Below are positions 1-8,372 of a stretch of DNA of 64,000 nt, piece by piece. The first letter of the stretch is position 1, and every line of letters starts with the position of its first letter. The stretch comes from Escherichia phage phiEC1, in the sequence record KY608965.1; one strand, 5' to 3'. The notes beneath the pieces are model-generated. The model saw only the letters and a list, made by a program, of their open reading frames with translations. It was not told the DNA's origin and searched no databases. Position numbers and translations under genes: made by a program.

Positions 1-441
1 AAGACCTATACCAGAGATTTTACCATTAATGCTTTTGTATTTGATGAAACCATTATCATTAGCATTACTAAGTGCTTTATCCAGAGAATACGTCTTACCA
101 ATACCAGCTGCACCTGAAATAATGAGTGAACGAATTTTGCCATCGATAATGCCATTCGTCATCATGTTCATTACTTTAAAGCGTTTGTTGATACGAGTTT
201 TCATATCTTCAGTGCTTTCAACAACTGCAACTGGTGATGTCTCAACTCCTTCCATTACGATGTCTGATTTGAAGACCCATACTCCACGTTCAGAACCATC
301 AATCATAACGAAAATTTTACCATCACCTAAGTGGGAACATTCAGGATTAAGCTTTGCCGGGAACCATGTCTTTGTGGCAACATAAGAACCAGAGATTTCG
401 TTATTACGATAGATACCTTTTTTGATTTGAACGTTGAACAT
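1..441 (-). CDS. P-loop NTPase, N-terminal part only (C-terminus lies beyond window start)
   Basis: Manual minus-strand translation from ATG at 441: MFNVQIKKGIYRNNEISG...; Walker A GAAGIGKT; not in ORF track because truncated by window edge. Confidence 0.5.
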   Translation of the reverse strand, partial: MFNVQIKKGIYRNNEISGSYVATKTWFPAKLNPECSHLGDGKIFVMIDGSERGVWVFKSDIVMEGVETSPVAVVESTEDMKTRINKRFKVMNMMTNGIIDGKIRSLIISGAAGIGKTYSLDKALSNANDNGFIKYKSINGKISGIGL

Positions 442-458
442 TTTATTCTCCTCTTGTT

Positions 459-500
459 TTGATAGGTCTATAATAACATATCCTAAAAGCATGTACACTA
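459..500 (-). promoter_or_regulatory. Early promoter cassette (PeSL-like), degenerate copy
   Basis: gataggtctataataacatatcc then gtacac; same layout as the other copies but weaker -35; sits just upstream of the gene starting at 441. Confidence 0.35.
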
Positions 501-549
501 CTTTTTAAAAATATTTTGACCCCCTAAAGGGACCCGAAGGTCCCCACAT

Positions 550-816
550 TTACTTATCGCACTTAGCAACATAATTAGGCATATCACAGAATACGGAGCG
601 TGTAACTACTCGACCCTTTGACCATGCTTCAGTTGCTTGTCCGGCTGTGCTATTAATATAGCTTGATTTAATGTTCTCAATACCCTGAGAATGTGATGCA
701 TTTACCGAACCGTTGGAAGGTGCAGAAGACTGGTTACCACCAGCTCCTGTACCTATGGTAGCACCAACAGAGAATGCCATCATTACTGCGAATAAACCAA
801 TTGCTAATTTTTTCAT
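550..816 (-). CDS. Small secreted protein, unknown function
   Basis: 88 aa ORF; N-terminal signal-peptide-like MKKLAIGLFAVMMAFSVGA; Gly/Ser/Asn-rich mature part. Confidence 0.45.
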   Translation of the reverse strand: MKKLAIGLFAVMMAFSVGATIGTGAGGNQSSAPSNGSVNASHSQGIENIKSSYINSTAGQATEAWSKGRVVTRSVFCDMPNYVAKCDK

Positions 817-843
817 ATTTACCTCAAGTTAAGGGTTATTTAT

Positions 844-1830
844 CTATTTATAGTAAGAATTATGATTTTCGAGATAGACTTGCTCAAGGAAGTCATCCCA
901 GAAACTCATATCTACTTTTTGCTGCATACCGTTCTTAGCGGCTTGTTCTGATGCTTGTTCAACTTGGTCAACAATATCTTCTAGGAATTCTTGTACAGTT
1001 TTAAACGTATGTTTACCAAGCTTAACATCGAGAATAAATGGAGCATCCTGAAGTGGGTAAACCAGGTCGCCGGTTTTGTAAATTTCCAATAATTGAAGTC
1101 CACCACGACATGCATGACTCAATGCTTTCCAGTCAATACCTTCGTTGGCTTCTGCCTTACGAGCACGTTCGCCATAGTTCTCTTCAAGTTTAACCAGGAT
1201 GGCATTGAACTCTTTATTGGTTAACGTGTCTTGGAATTTACGGTCTAACAGACTATAGAATGTTTGCTTACCTGTTTTCTCGTTTTCGGTTTCAACCCAT
1301 GAAGCAAATTCACCTACAGGCAGAACATTCTTCATATGTGATAAACGAATTACTGCACCGTTATCAAAGTATTGTCCCCATTCATTAGAACGTTTAAGGG
1401 CTTGACGAAGAACAGCCAGTCGAGAACCCTTGACACCGTATTTAGAAGCTTGCTTACGGACATACCCTAAATAAGATTTCATGTTAGTGGTATAGAAACG
1501 AGACCTGTTATCTTGAATATACTTCCATACATCAGGCAAATCAGATTTAACTACTAGACTTGGTGGAGTGTGAAGCATATCTAATGCGACGGTTTCACCA
1601 TCCGCAGCTAGTTTAAAGAAATATTTGAGACTATATAACTCATGGTCCACGTCGTCTTTTGTGTTCTTAGAAGATGTGTTATTCGTGTTCTTGCTCATAT
1701 GTTCTTTAACGTTACCGGTCAAAATATCACGAGCATGAGGGACATAAATTTCTTTAAAATCGACGTCAGATTCAGGAGTAGACGTTCCATAAAGGTGGCT
1801 ACCAAAGTAAGCCTTAACAATCGTTTTCAT
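844..1830 (-). CDS. Nucleotidyltransferase-fold protein (Pol-beta superfamily motif)
   Basis: 328 aa; N-terminal G-S x10 D-V-D (FGSHLYGTSTPESDVDF) plus a later acidic VALD; start codon overlaps stop of upstream membrane-protein gene. Confidence 0.5.
   Translation of the reverse strand: MKTIVKAYFGSHLYGTSTPESDVDFKEIYVPHARDILTGNVKEHMSKNTNNTSSKNTKDDVDHELYSLKYFFKLAADGETVALDMLHTPPSLVVKSDLPDVWKYIQDNRSRFYTTNMKSYLGYVRKQASKYGVKGSRLAVLRQALKRSNEWGQYFDNGAVIRLSHMKNVLPVGEFASWVETENEKTGKQTFYSLLDRKFQDTLTNKEFNAILVKLEENYGERARKAEANEGIDWKALSHACRGGLQLLEIYKTGDLVYPLQDAPFILDVKLGKHTFKTVQEFLEDIVDQVEQASEQAAKNGMQQKVDMSFWDDFLEQVYLENHNSYYK
845..852 (-). promoter_or_regulatory. T4-type late promoter motif TATAAATA
   Basis: tatttata on plus = TATAAATA on minus, about 29 nt upstream of the ATG at 816. 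Confidence 0.4.
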
Positions 1831-2303
1831 TATTTAGCCTTATATTCAAGAGTAGGACAGATTTTTTCTTTACGAGCTTTAAGGTATTCACCTATTAATG
1901 ATTTCTTACGTTCAATAGGCTCAAGTCCATTTTTAATTCGTTCTTGGTTTTGTGCAATGAGCTCAATTTCTTTATAATATTTTCTGTCGTTATATTTGTC
2001 TAACAACCAAGACGGACCAATTATCAACCCAACAGAAATAAGAGCCATGACTGCTACAATTAAAATGCCTACGCCAATTGAGGCTGGAACTAATGTCCAT
2101 AGACTGCTAAAAACAAAGAATTTAGTTAAAATTTCATGGCCGATGATTATGACTGCTGCTAAAATCGCAAATCCAATAATTGAAACAGCCAATGCCGGGA
2201 TTAACGTTTTCCAAAAATAAGCACACAACGTTTTCGGACGATTCCATGTACTATTAAACGCGGCATAAATTTTAAAGTGCCAAGAGTTTTCATTGATAAT
2301 CAT
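1830..2303 (-). CDS. Membrane protein (two predicted TM helices), unknown function
   Basis: 157 aa; hydrophobic stretches LIPALAVSIIGFAILAAVIIIG and VPASIGVGILIVAVMALISVGLIIG; basic C-terminal tail. Confidence 0.5.
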   Translation of the reverse strand: MIINENSWHFKIYAAFNSTWNRPKTLCAYFWKTLIPALAVSIIGFAILAAVIIIGHEILTKFFVFSSLWTLVPASIGVGILIVAVMALISVGLIIGPSWLLDKYNDRKYYKEIELIAQNQERIKNGLEPIERKKSLIGEYLKARKEKICPTLEYKAK

Positions 2304-2312
2304 AATAATTCC

Positions 2313-2855
2313 TTATTTCAAAGTTGGGATAATAGAATCGAGATAAGCTTTAAGAGCAACTGCTTCATCTTTGTCTAATGTAACGATATGTTGACGAAGG
2401 TCATCAATTTGGCGAATAACTACAACATCGCCATCTTCATAAGAAGGATTAACGCCTAGGACTGTTGTATAGTCAGGGCGGTCCTGATTTGTAATAAAAG
2501 CATTACGGCATTTAGCCCATTGAAGTTTGGCCTTTTTGGCTGTTTCAGATTCAATGAATTCTTTCACCTTAGTGACGAATGTTTTCCAATTATTAATAGA
2601 AAAACATTCGTCTTCAGTTTCGATATTAACCCCACTATAAAGTCCGTGATAAAAACGAACTTGAAGGTCTTCATTAATGTTAATTACAGATGCATGGCCT
2701 GGTGGATTGAGTTTCAAAATCTTGTCCAGTTCCATAGGAAGAATAGTAGCAGCATCATCTTCTTGTGTCAGAACATACACATAACCACGTTTTTCGATAC
2801 ATAAATCACCAAACAACTCGGTTGTTTCAATTACAGTTTTCATATTATTCACCAA
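2313..2855 (-). CDS. Hypothetical protein
   Basis: 180 aa ORF in tightly packed minus-strand early array. Confidence 0.45.
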   Translation of the reverse strand: MVNNMKTVIETTELFGDLCIEKRGYVYVLTQEDDAATILPMELDKILKLNPPGHASVININEDLQVRFYHGLYSGVNIETEDECFSINNWKTFVTKVKEFIESETAKKAKLQWAKCRNAFITNQDRPDYTTVLGVNPSYEDGDVVVIRQIDDLRQHIVTLDKDEAVALKAYLDSIIPTLK

Positions 2856-3146
2856 TTAAAGTTTCAACAAAATTCACCAAATCATTCAGACAAGCATCAA
2901 CCTGATTTTCATAAAAGTCTTCGTTATCATTTACTGCATGATAAGCTACATCATTCAAATCTGAATCGGCTTCACGTAAGTCACTGATAAGGTCCATCAA
3001 TTTATTAGCTTGTTCACGGGTCATTTTACCATACTCGTTTCAATAAGATTCACTATGCCGTTTACCATGTTATAAGTAAACATCGGATAATTGTATTGTA
3101 CTACAACATAAGCGATAAGCAAAAGTTTCATTTTGTTCTCCGTTCG

Positions 3147-3190
3147 TTTTGATAGGACTACTATAACATAGTCCTACCAAGATGTAAACT
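3147..3190 (-). promoter_or_regulatory. Early promoter cassette (PeSL-like)
   Basis: Inverted repeat gataggactactataacatagtcctac containing a -10-like TATAGT (minus), with GTTTAC -35-like box (gtaaac at 3184-3189 on plus). Confidence 0.5.
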
Positions 3191-3425
3191 ACCGATTGTG
3201 TTTTAAATGTTGATAAAGTTCTTCAACTTGTTTAGGGTCCAAAACAATTAAGTCATTTTCTTGGCGAAGATAAATCCATCCCTTATCCCCAGGGCCATTT
3301 TTACAAAACATCACCGTCGTCATATCATCATCTTCAGCGCTTTCAGGTAAAAGTTCAAGTACACCGTCTTCAGATTTTCCAGTATAATCGTAAAGCATAA
3401 TGTCCTCACATAATCTCGTTAACAT
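3189..3425 (-). CDS. Hypothetical protein
   Basis: 78 aa ORF, acidic. Confidence 0.4.
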   Translation of the reverse strand: MLTRLCEDIMLYDYTGKSEDGVLELLPESAEDDDMTTVMFCKNGPGDKGWIYLRQENDLIVLDPKQVEELYQHLKHNR

Positions 3426-3585
3426 ACATTTGCAATTCGGTGTGGGCGTCGGCCATCTTTTTCATAGCTCTGTTAATGTCGATGTCTCCATCTTCGCAAC
3501 CATGAGCATTTTCCCAATCAGATACCGCATTAGCGTACTCTTCAATCAAAAACATCAACTTAGAAATCTTTTCTTTACGTGTCAT
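3406..3585 (-). CDS. Hypothetical protein (rI.-1 position)
   Basis: Start moved to internal ATG at 3585 (MTRKEKISKL...) with GAGGAG Shine-Dalgarno; the longer ORF-track start would read through the upstream promoter cassette. Confidence 0.4.
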   Translation of the reverse strand: MTRKEKISKLMFLIEEYANAVSDWENAHGCEDGDIDINRAMKKMADAHTELQMYVNEIM

Positions 3586-3604
3586 AACGTTCTCCTCTAG
3601 TAAG

Positions 3605-3641
3605 TAAGGACTACTATAACACAACCTGAGGAAAAGTAAAC
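3605..3641 (-). promoter_or_regulatory. Early promoter cassette (PeSL-like)
   Basis: aaggactactataacacaacc followed by gtaaac at 3636-3641. Confidence 0.45.
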
Positions 3642-3651
3642 TGCTAAATGC

Positions 3652-3680
3652 CAAAAAGCCCCAACCATAAGGAAGGGGCT
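3652..3680 (-). terminator. Rho-independent terminator after rI
   Basis: On minus strand GCCCC-loop-GGGGC hairpin followed by TTTTTGG. Confidence 0.55.
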
Positions 3681-3686
3681 AGTAAA

Positions 3687-3989
3687 TTAGATAGATGTAG
3701 GCTCTAATTTTATTTTCATGAACTCGGCAAATTGTCTGGCAGTTTTTATGCCTTGTTCATGACATTCAAATGCATCATCACAGGGGCTATTTTTGTAATG
3801 CTTTGCCATATACTTATAGAATTTTTCAGAATTCTCGACATTTTGAATTTCAAACAAAGTATATACGTTTTTAATCCCTGATTCCATAAAGTTATCAAAA
3901 TATGGGTCAATATGTGCAGTACCAACGATAGGAGTTGTTGCTGCAAAAAACCCCAGCATCGCCATGACAGCTATCGCTCTTAAGGCCAT
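3687..3989 (-). CDS. rI: Lysis inhibition regulator RI
   Basis: 100 aa with signal-anchor MALRAIAVMAMLGFFA and DPYFDNFMESGI...PCDDAFEC, matching remembered T4 RI; lies next to tk as in T4. Confidence 0.8.
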   Translation of the reverse strand: MALRAIAVMAMLGFFAATTPIVGTAHIDPYFDNFMESGIKNVYTLFEIQNVENSEKFYKYMAKHYKNSPCDDAFECHEQGIKTARQFAEFMKIKLEPTSI

Positions 3990-4001
3990 ATAGGCCTCCT
4001 G

Positions 4002-4214
4002 TTAATTTTGGCCAGTATTTATTTTTCGCCTTTGGACGGCCTTAACATCTGTGAGGTATTTTTCCAGCTTGCGCTTGCGTGTATAATCAGCTTTAGAACC
4101 AGTTTGACGGATATCCTCGTTTAAATGAGAAATAGAATGTCCTAATTCTCTTCGGATTTCATCCAATTGGGTTACAGTAAGATTACGAAGTTGTCTTTCG
4201 TTTAATTGCTGCAT
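4002..4214 (-). CDS. Hypothetical protein (rI.1 position)
   Basis: 70 aa basic ORF between tk and rI. Confidence 0.45.
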   Translation of the reverse strand: MQQLNERQLRNLTVTQLDEIRRELGHSISHLNEDIRQTGSKADYTRKRKLEKYLTDVKAVQRRKINTGQN

Positions 4215-4237
4215 ATATACCTCTTGGTTAGATATTA

Positions 4238-4245
4238 GTATTTAT
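4238..4245 (-). promoter_or_regulatory. T4-type late promoter motif TATAAATA
   Basis: tatttata on plus, about 24 nt upstream of the ATG at 4214. Confidence 0.4.
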
Positions 4246-4823
4246 AACAACCCTGTCAAATCATTCCAATGCTTCCGGCATAATGACACGTATCTATCGG
4301 TATCACCAATTTCAATTTGACTGCCATCTGTAATTGGAAGTCCATCTTCCGTGACTCTAGCTACCATTGTGGCCTTTTTACCGCAATGACAGACACCTTT
4401 AAGTTCAACAAGCTTATCGGCAATAGCCATTAATGCTTGAGAACCTTCAAATAGATTACCTTTAAAATCTGTTCGTAGTCCATATGCCATTACCGGCACA
4501 TTGTATACGTCAACAATACGACTAAGTTGATACACCTTTTCAGTAGTTAAGAACTGAGCTTCGTCAACAAATACACAGTGAATATCCTTTTGTGCTGCAG
4601 CCCATTTATAGAATTCAAAGATATCCATGTCTTTTGTAATTATATTGGCATCTTGACGAATACCAATACGAGAGACTATTTCACCTTTTGAATCACGAGT
4701 ATCAATAGCCGGTTTAAGAACTAATACACCCATGCCACGTTCTTTATAGTTATGTGCGGCAGTAAGTAATGAAGCAGACTTACCAGCGTTCATAGCGGCA
4801 TAGGTAAAAATTAAACTAGCCAT
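4242..4823 (-). CDS. tk: Thymidine kinase
   Basis: 193 aa; MASLIFTYAAMNAGKSASLL P-loop and C-terminal CHCGKKA...SLCRKHW zinc motif, near-identical to remembered T4 Tk. Confidence 0.95.
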   Translation of the reverse strand: MASLIFTYAAMNAGKSASLLTAAHNYKERGMGVLVLKPAIDTRDSKGEIVSRIGIRQDANIITKDMDIFEFYKWAAAQKDIHCVFVDEAQFLTTEKVYQLSRIVDVYNVPVMAYGLRTDFKGNLFEGSQALMAIADKLVELKGVCHCGKKATMVARVTEDGLPITDGSQIEIGDTDRYVSLCRKHWNDLTGLL

Positions 4824-4831
4824 AAGAGTCC

Positions 4832-5017
4832 TTATTCGGTAATTCGTTCTAGATAATCATCTAATGCCCTTTGAGCATCTTCCAGTTCTTGTGTTGCGAG
4901 CTGTTTTGCCAGTTTAGACGAGAAATACGATGAATGTTCCCATTCATAAGCTTGTTCAGCCAAACGTATTTCATTAGACAAATAAATTATCTCTTCTTTC
5001 TGTTGACGAGTAATCAT
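4832..5017 (-). CDS. Hypothetical protein
   Basis: 61 aa ORF. Confidence 0.35.
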   Translation of the reverse strand: MITRQQKEEIIYLSNEIRLAEQAYEWEHSSYFSSKLAKQLATQELEDAQRALDDYLERITE

Positions 5018-5196
5018 AATGAGTTCACATAATTAATGAGTTCTTGTTCTTTCCTGTCAAATGATTCCAACAATGCTTGATATTCTTCATCTGTTAAAGG
5101 AGCATATTCATCGTACGCATTGGTGGCTGCTTGCTCATCCAATAGGTCATGGATAAGTTCGAACAGTTTAGCTTTCTCTTCTTTAGTCAATTTCAT
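5014..5196 (-). CDS. Hypothetical protein
   Basis: 60 aa ORF, overlapping stop/start with neighbour. Confidence 0.35.
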   Translation of the reverse strand: MKLTKEEKAKLFELIHDLLDEQAATNAYDEYAPLTDEEYQALLESFDRKEQELINYVNSL

Positions 5197-5224
5197 TTAG
5201 CACCTGTAAGAATTTTTGTTTGAC

Positions 5225-5452
5225 TCATAACCATGTCACCTTTAAGCAATATTCTTCTACATGTTGTTTACGACCTTTCTTATCAATAAAGGTATATTCA
5301 ACGAATGTTCCGATGTAGTCTTTATCTACGTCATGTGGACTATTAATTGGACATTTAGTACGACAAATGCGTTCCCATTGACGAATAATTACTGCTTTAT
5401 TTTTAGGATCAAACGGATGTGGGTAATGTACTTTCATAGCAATGGTTCCCAA
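5225..5452 (-). CDS. Hypothetical protein
   Basis: 75 aa ORF. Confidence 0.4.
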   Translation of the reverse strand: MGTIAMKVHYPHPFDPKNKAVIIRQWERICRTKCPINSPHDVDKDYIGTFVEYTFIDKKGRKQHVEEYCLKVTWL

Positions 5453-5931
5453 TCAACAATCACAATTTCTAGTTTAGTGGAATACGTATCTAAAATTTCT
5501 TCGATGACATCCCAGTTTCCACCACCAATACCTGCACCAATTCTTGGCATATAAATTACAGGCTTTGTTATCTTATTCTTTCCGAATTTATTTAATTCTA
5601 TTATACAATTCATTAAAGCAGAGTACTCAAAATTAGGTCCCGGCTCAAACTGTGTATAAAGATTAAAGCAATAAGCTTTATGGGTCTTAAAATATTTTTC
5701 ATAAACCGAATAAGTCCCGAGTTTAGACTCGTCTCCGAATTCGGTTTGAAGTTTATCGGCTTCCAGAATTTTTGGATAAGCCTTTGCTAATTGACCTGCT
5801 ACACCAGCGCCCATTGTATGAAAACAATTACACCCATGAGCAATATTATTACCTTTAGAAAACAGGGCGACAATATCGCCCTTGATATAGTTTTTAATCA
5901 CTTGCTGCAAGTCCTCTAGTATAAGAGTCAA
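5434..5931 (-). CDS. Macro-domain protein (OARD1/TARG1-like ADP-ribose hydrolase family)
   Basis: 165 aa; IVALFSKGNNIAHGCNCFHTMGAGVAGQLAKAYP and later RIGAGIGGG resemble the TARG1-type macro-domain signature. Confidence 0.5.
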   Translation of the reverse strand: MTLILEDLQQVIKNYIKGDIVALFSKGNNIAHGCNCFHTMGAGVAGQLAKAYPKILEADKLQTEFGDESKLGTYSVYEKYFKTHKAYCFNLYTQFEPGPNFEYSALMNCIIELNKFGKNKITKPVIYMPRIGAGIGGGNWDVIEEILDTYSTKLEIVIVDWEPLL

Positions 5932-6241
5932 CTAGACGGTCCACCATAGAATTGCATGCTGCCTTATCTTTAGGTTCCGCCACCGAGCATTCTAATATTT
6001 GCCATTTTTTATAGTATCTTTTAATTAAAGTAGACGCCTTGAACCTACTAGACGCCCCATCTTTTTCTCCGTCTTTATACGCGTATAACAATTTTTGTGA
6101 AAAATCTACTTTACACTCTTGACTTTTACCACAGTAATCAGACGCCGTTCTGTTTGTATACTCCGTTACATCAGTATATGTAGTATTAGCAAGAGCGTTA
6201 AATGAAACCAAGCCAACTATTAAAGCCAACATTTTGGTCAT
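5894..6241 (-). CDS. Secreted protein, unknown function
   Basis: 115 aa; signal-peptide-like MTKMLALIVGLVSFNALA; four Cys. Confidence 0.45.
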   Translation of the reverse strand: MTKMLALIVGLVSFNALANTTYTDVTEYTNRTASDYCGKSQECKVDFSQKLLYAYKDGEKDGASSRFKASTLIKRYYKKWQILECSVAEPKDKAACNSMVDRLVDSYTRGLAASD

Positions 6242-6780
6242 TCTTTTATTTCCAGTAGTTTATTTGATTTAAGGTAATTAGCCTTTTCTAGGACTTCAGA
6301 AGCATATTTACTTCCAGCACTTGTCTTCCATCCCGCATTATATGAGGATATAGCTTTTCTTATATCCCCGTTATGTATATTTAACCAATAAGAAAATTCG
6401 ATATAAGCCCATCTGGCTGAATTAGACCGCTTAGATAGCATTTTCTTAATTTGGGCATCAGTCATATTATAACCAAGCTGGTTAATTCTTGCCCTCATTG
6501 TTGGTAGATAATTTTGGAACATTCCATACGCATGGTGACCTTTCTTATCTTTAAGATTAATACCGGCAGATGATTCCTGCCATAGTATTGCGGCCATTAT
6601 GTATCCAAGTCCTTTCTTATGCATATTTTCATGCGTTTTAAATTTTCCATCCTTAGAAAACTGTTCCCCAAACTGATAAGCATAATTCAAGTTATCGAGT
6701 TGGACATTACTAAAAGTATGCTCGGAGCTATGTGCTGATAACGAAAGAGCAAATAGACCAGCGAGTAGTGCTTTTCTCAT
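6238..6780 (-). CDS. Secreted lytic-transglycosylase-like (SLT-domain) protein
   Basis: 180 aa; signal peptide MRKALLAGLFALSLSAHS; SLT motif triad ES (WQESSAG), GMFQ (AYGMFQNY), YNAG (SSYNAGW). Confidence 0.55.
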   Translation of the reverse strand: MRKALLAGLFALSLSAHSSEHTFSNVQLDNLNYAYQFGEQFSKDGKFKTHENMHKKGLGYIMAAILWQESSAGINLKDKKGHHAYGMFQNYLPTMRARINQLGYNMTDAQIKKMLSKRSNSARWAYIEFSYWLNIHNGDIRKAISSYNAGWKTSAGSKYASEVLEKANYLKSNKLLEIKE

Positions 6781-6788
6781 GTTTACCT

Positions 6789-7247
6789 CTAGATTTTAAT
6801 CACTGCTTTAGAAGCTTTTCCTGGTAGTCGTTTACTGTTAATAATAGCCATTCTACATTGAAGAGTCTTCATTTTGAATGCTGGATTTTCGCGACAAACT
6901 GTAAGTCCTAACCAAAGATTTCCGTCAGTTATTTCTAAACGGCCTGGGCGATATTCGACACCTTCGACAAAATCTTCATCAACATCTGGACGTGCCGGCA
7001 TTGATAAAAATTCTGCAACTTCTTTAACATGATTTTTTACTTTATGAAATAATTCAAAAACGTAATTCTCATCTATTTCTCTCTGGATGGCACGATCTAA
7101 GAGATGTTGAGAATACTTGATATGAAAGCCTGGTAGCCCAAGAGACTTTGCAGCATCTTTTATACCGGCATTTATTTTGCGGAACTCCGTTTCAAAGATT
7201 CGACGAAGTTTATTACGGCGGATAAAAACGTCTGAATTGATAGTCAT
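6789..7247 (-). CDS. regB: RegB-like endoribonuclease (by length and synteny)
   Basis: 152 aa basic protein between the vs-region genes and denV; T4 RegB is of this size and position. Confidence 0.45.
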   Translation of the reverse strand: MTINSDVFIRRNKLRRIFETEFRKINAGIKDAAKSLGLPGFHIKYSQHLLDRAIQREIDENYVFELFHKVKNHVKEVAEFLSMPARPDVDEDFVEGVEYRPGRLEITDGNLWLGLTVCRENPAFKMKTLQCRMAIINSKRLPGKASKAVIKI

Positions 7248-7265
7248 TTTGATTTCTCCTCTAGC

Positions 7266-7304
7266 TGACAGGTCTATAGTAACACAACTAGAGGAGAAGT
7301 AAAC
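7266..7304 (-). promoter_or_regulatory. Early promoter cassette (PeSL-like)
   Basis: ggtctatagtaacacaac with gtaaac at 7299-7304; immediately upstream of the regB-like start. Confidence 0.45.
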
Positions 7305-7308
7305 TACT

Positions 7309-7524
7309 TTATTGATAAAATGGAGTTAAAGCCCAAGATTCTTTAGATACCATATCGGCGAAACGCCTCATCTCTTCGATTTGGCGACGACGCTGGTCAG
7401 CATAGTCTTCTTCGCCTTCTTCCTTACAATCTTCAAGGTCTTCTTCAAGATACTTTAAGTATTCACTACAAATTTTGTTGACCTTTTCTTGGAAGTCCAA
7501 TAACCCAGTAATAGTAGAAGCCAT
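7309..7524 (-). CDS. Hypothetical protein
   Basis: 71 aa acidic ORF. Confidence 0.4.
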   Translation of the reverse strand: MASTITGLLDFQEKVNKICSEYLKYLEEDLEDCKEEGEEDYADQRRRQIEEMRRFADMVSKESWALTPFYQ

Positions 7525-7790
7525 TAGTATTTTTCCTCAGGTCGAAATACTGCACGACAGGCCCACATGCTGGCTTCTTTTAGATGTTGCTTAGCATACT
7601 TAAGAGCCTGCACTGCATCCATATCTTCTTTGGTTTGTTGCTCTGTTTCATTTTCTTTCAAGATATATGCTTCTTCAATCAGAGCATCAAACAGCAATCC
7701 AAGACGGACTTCTGCATCTTTAATAGCGTTCACTTTACCGATTTTATCGTCGGTATGCGGCTTGTAGCCTTTGATGTCTTCAATCGACAT
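7524..7790 (-). CDS. Hypothetical protein (T4 vs.4 position)
   Basis: Start set at internal ATG 7790 (MSIEDIKGYK...) to avoid a 178-nt out-of-frame overlap with the upstream ORF. Confidence 0.4.
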   Translation of the reverse strand: MSIEDIKGYKPHTDDKIGKVNAIKDAEVRLGLLFDALIEEAYILKENETEQQTKEDMDAVQALKYAKQHLKEASMWACRAVFRPEEKY

Positions 7791-8004
7791 AAGGAATTTC
7801 CTCATCGGTGGCAAGGTCATATTCGACCAATTGGATAGGCTCATTAATACCATATCCACGTACAGTGATATCAGTTGTCGGATAGCTTCCAGTAATATCA
7901 CCCATTCTAAATGCTTCAATGAATGATTGCTCGCCTGAGCAACTAAACCAGGCGGCAAAACATTTTAAAACATCTTCAGAACCTTCAATAATTATTTTAG
8001 CCAT
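7780..8004 (-). CDS. Hypothetical protein
   Basis: 74 aa ORF. Confidence 0.4.
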   Translation of the reverse strand: MAKIIIEGSEDVLKCFAAWFSCSGEQSFIEAFRMGDITGSYPTTDITVRGYGINEPIQLVEYDLATDEEIPYVD

Positions 8005-8366
8005 TATAGACTCTCAGTAAAGGTACGAGCGATAACGTCGCGCTGCTGTTCCGGAGTCAGAGAGTTAAAGCGAACTGCATAACCGGATACACGGACGGTC
8101 AGCTGTGGATATTTTTCCGGATGCTTAACTGCATCTTCCAGAGTTTCGCGACGCAGAACGTTAACGTTCAGGTGTTGACCACCTTCAATTTTAACTTTAG
8201 GTTGATGTTCAATTTCAATTTCACGGGCATTCAAACCGTAGAAAATTTCCGGGTCTACAATAGCGTCTTCTTTAAAAGTCTTAGAGACAATAATCCGGGC
8301 TTGAGTACCATCTTCAAAATAAATAGTGCCTTTATGTGCACCTTCAAGAATTTGATATGCTTTCAT
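8004..8366 (-). CDS. Autonomous glycyl radical cofactor (GrcA/YfiD-like)
   Basis: 120 aa; C-terminus [60 protein letters not shown] carries the RVSGY glycyl-radical motif. Confidence 0.8.
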   Translation of the reverse strand: MKAYQILEGAHKGTIYFEDGTQARIIVSKTFKEDAIVDPEIFYGLNAREIEIEHQPKVKIEGGQHLNVNVLRRETLEDAVKHPEKYPQLTVRVSGYAVRFNSLTPEQQRDVIARTFTESL

Positions 8367-8372
8367 ATAACC

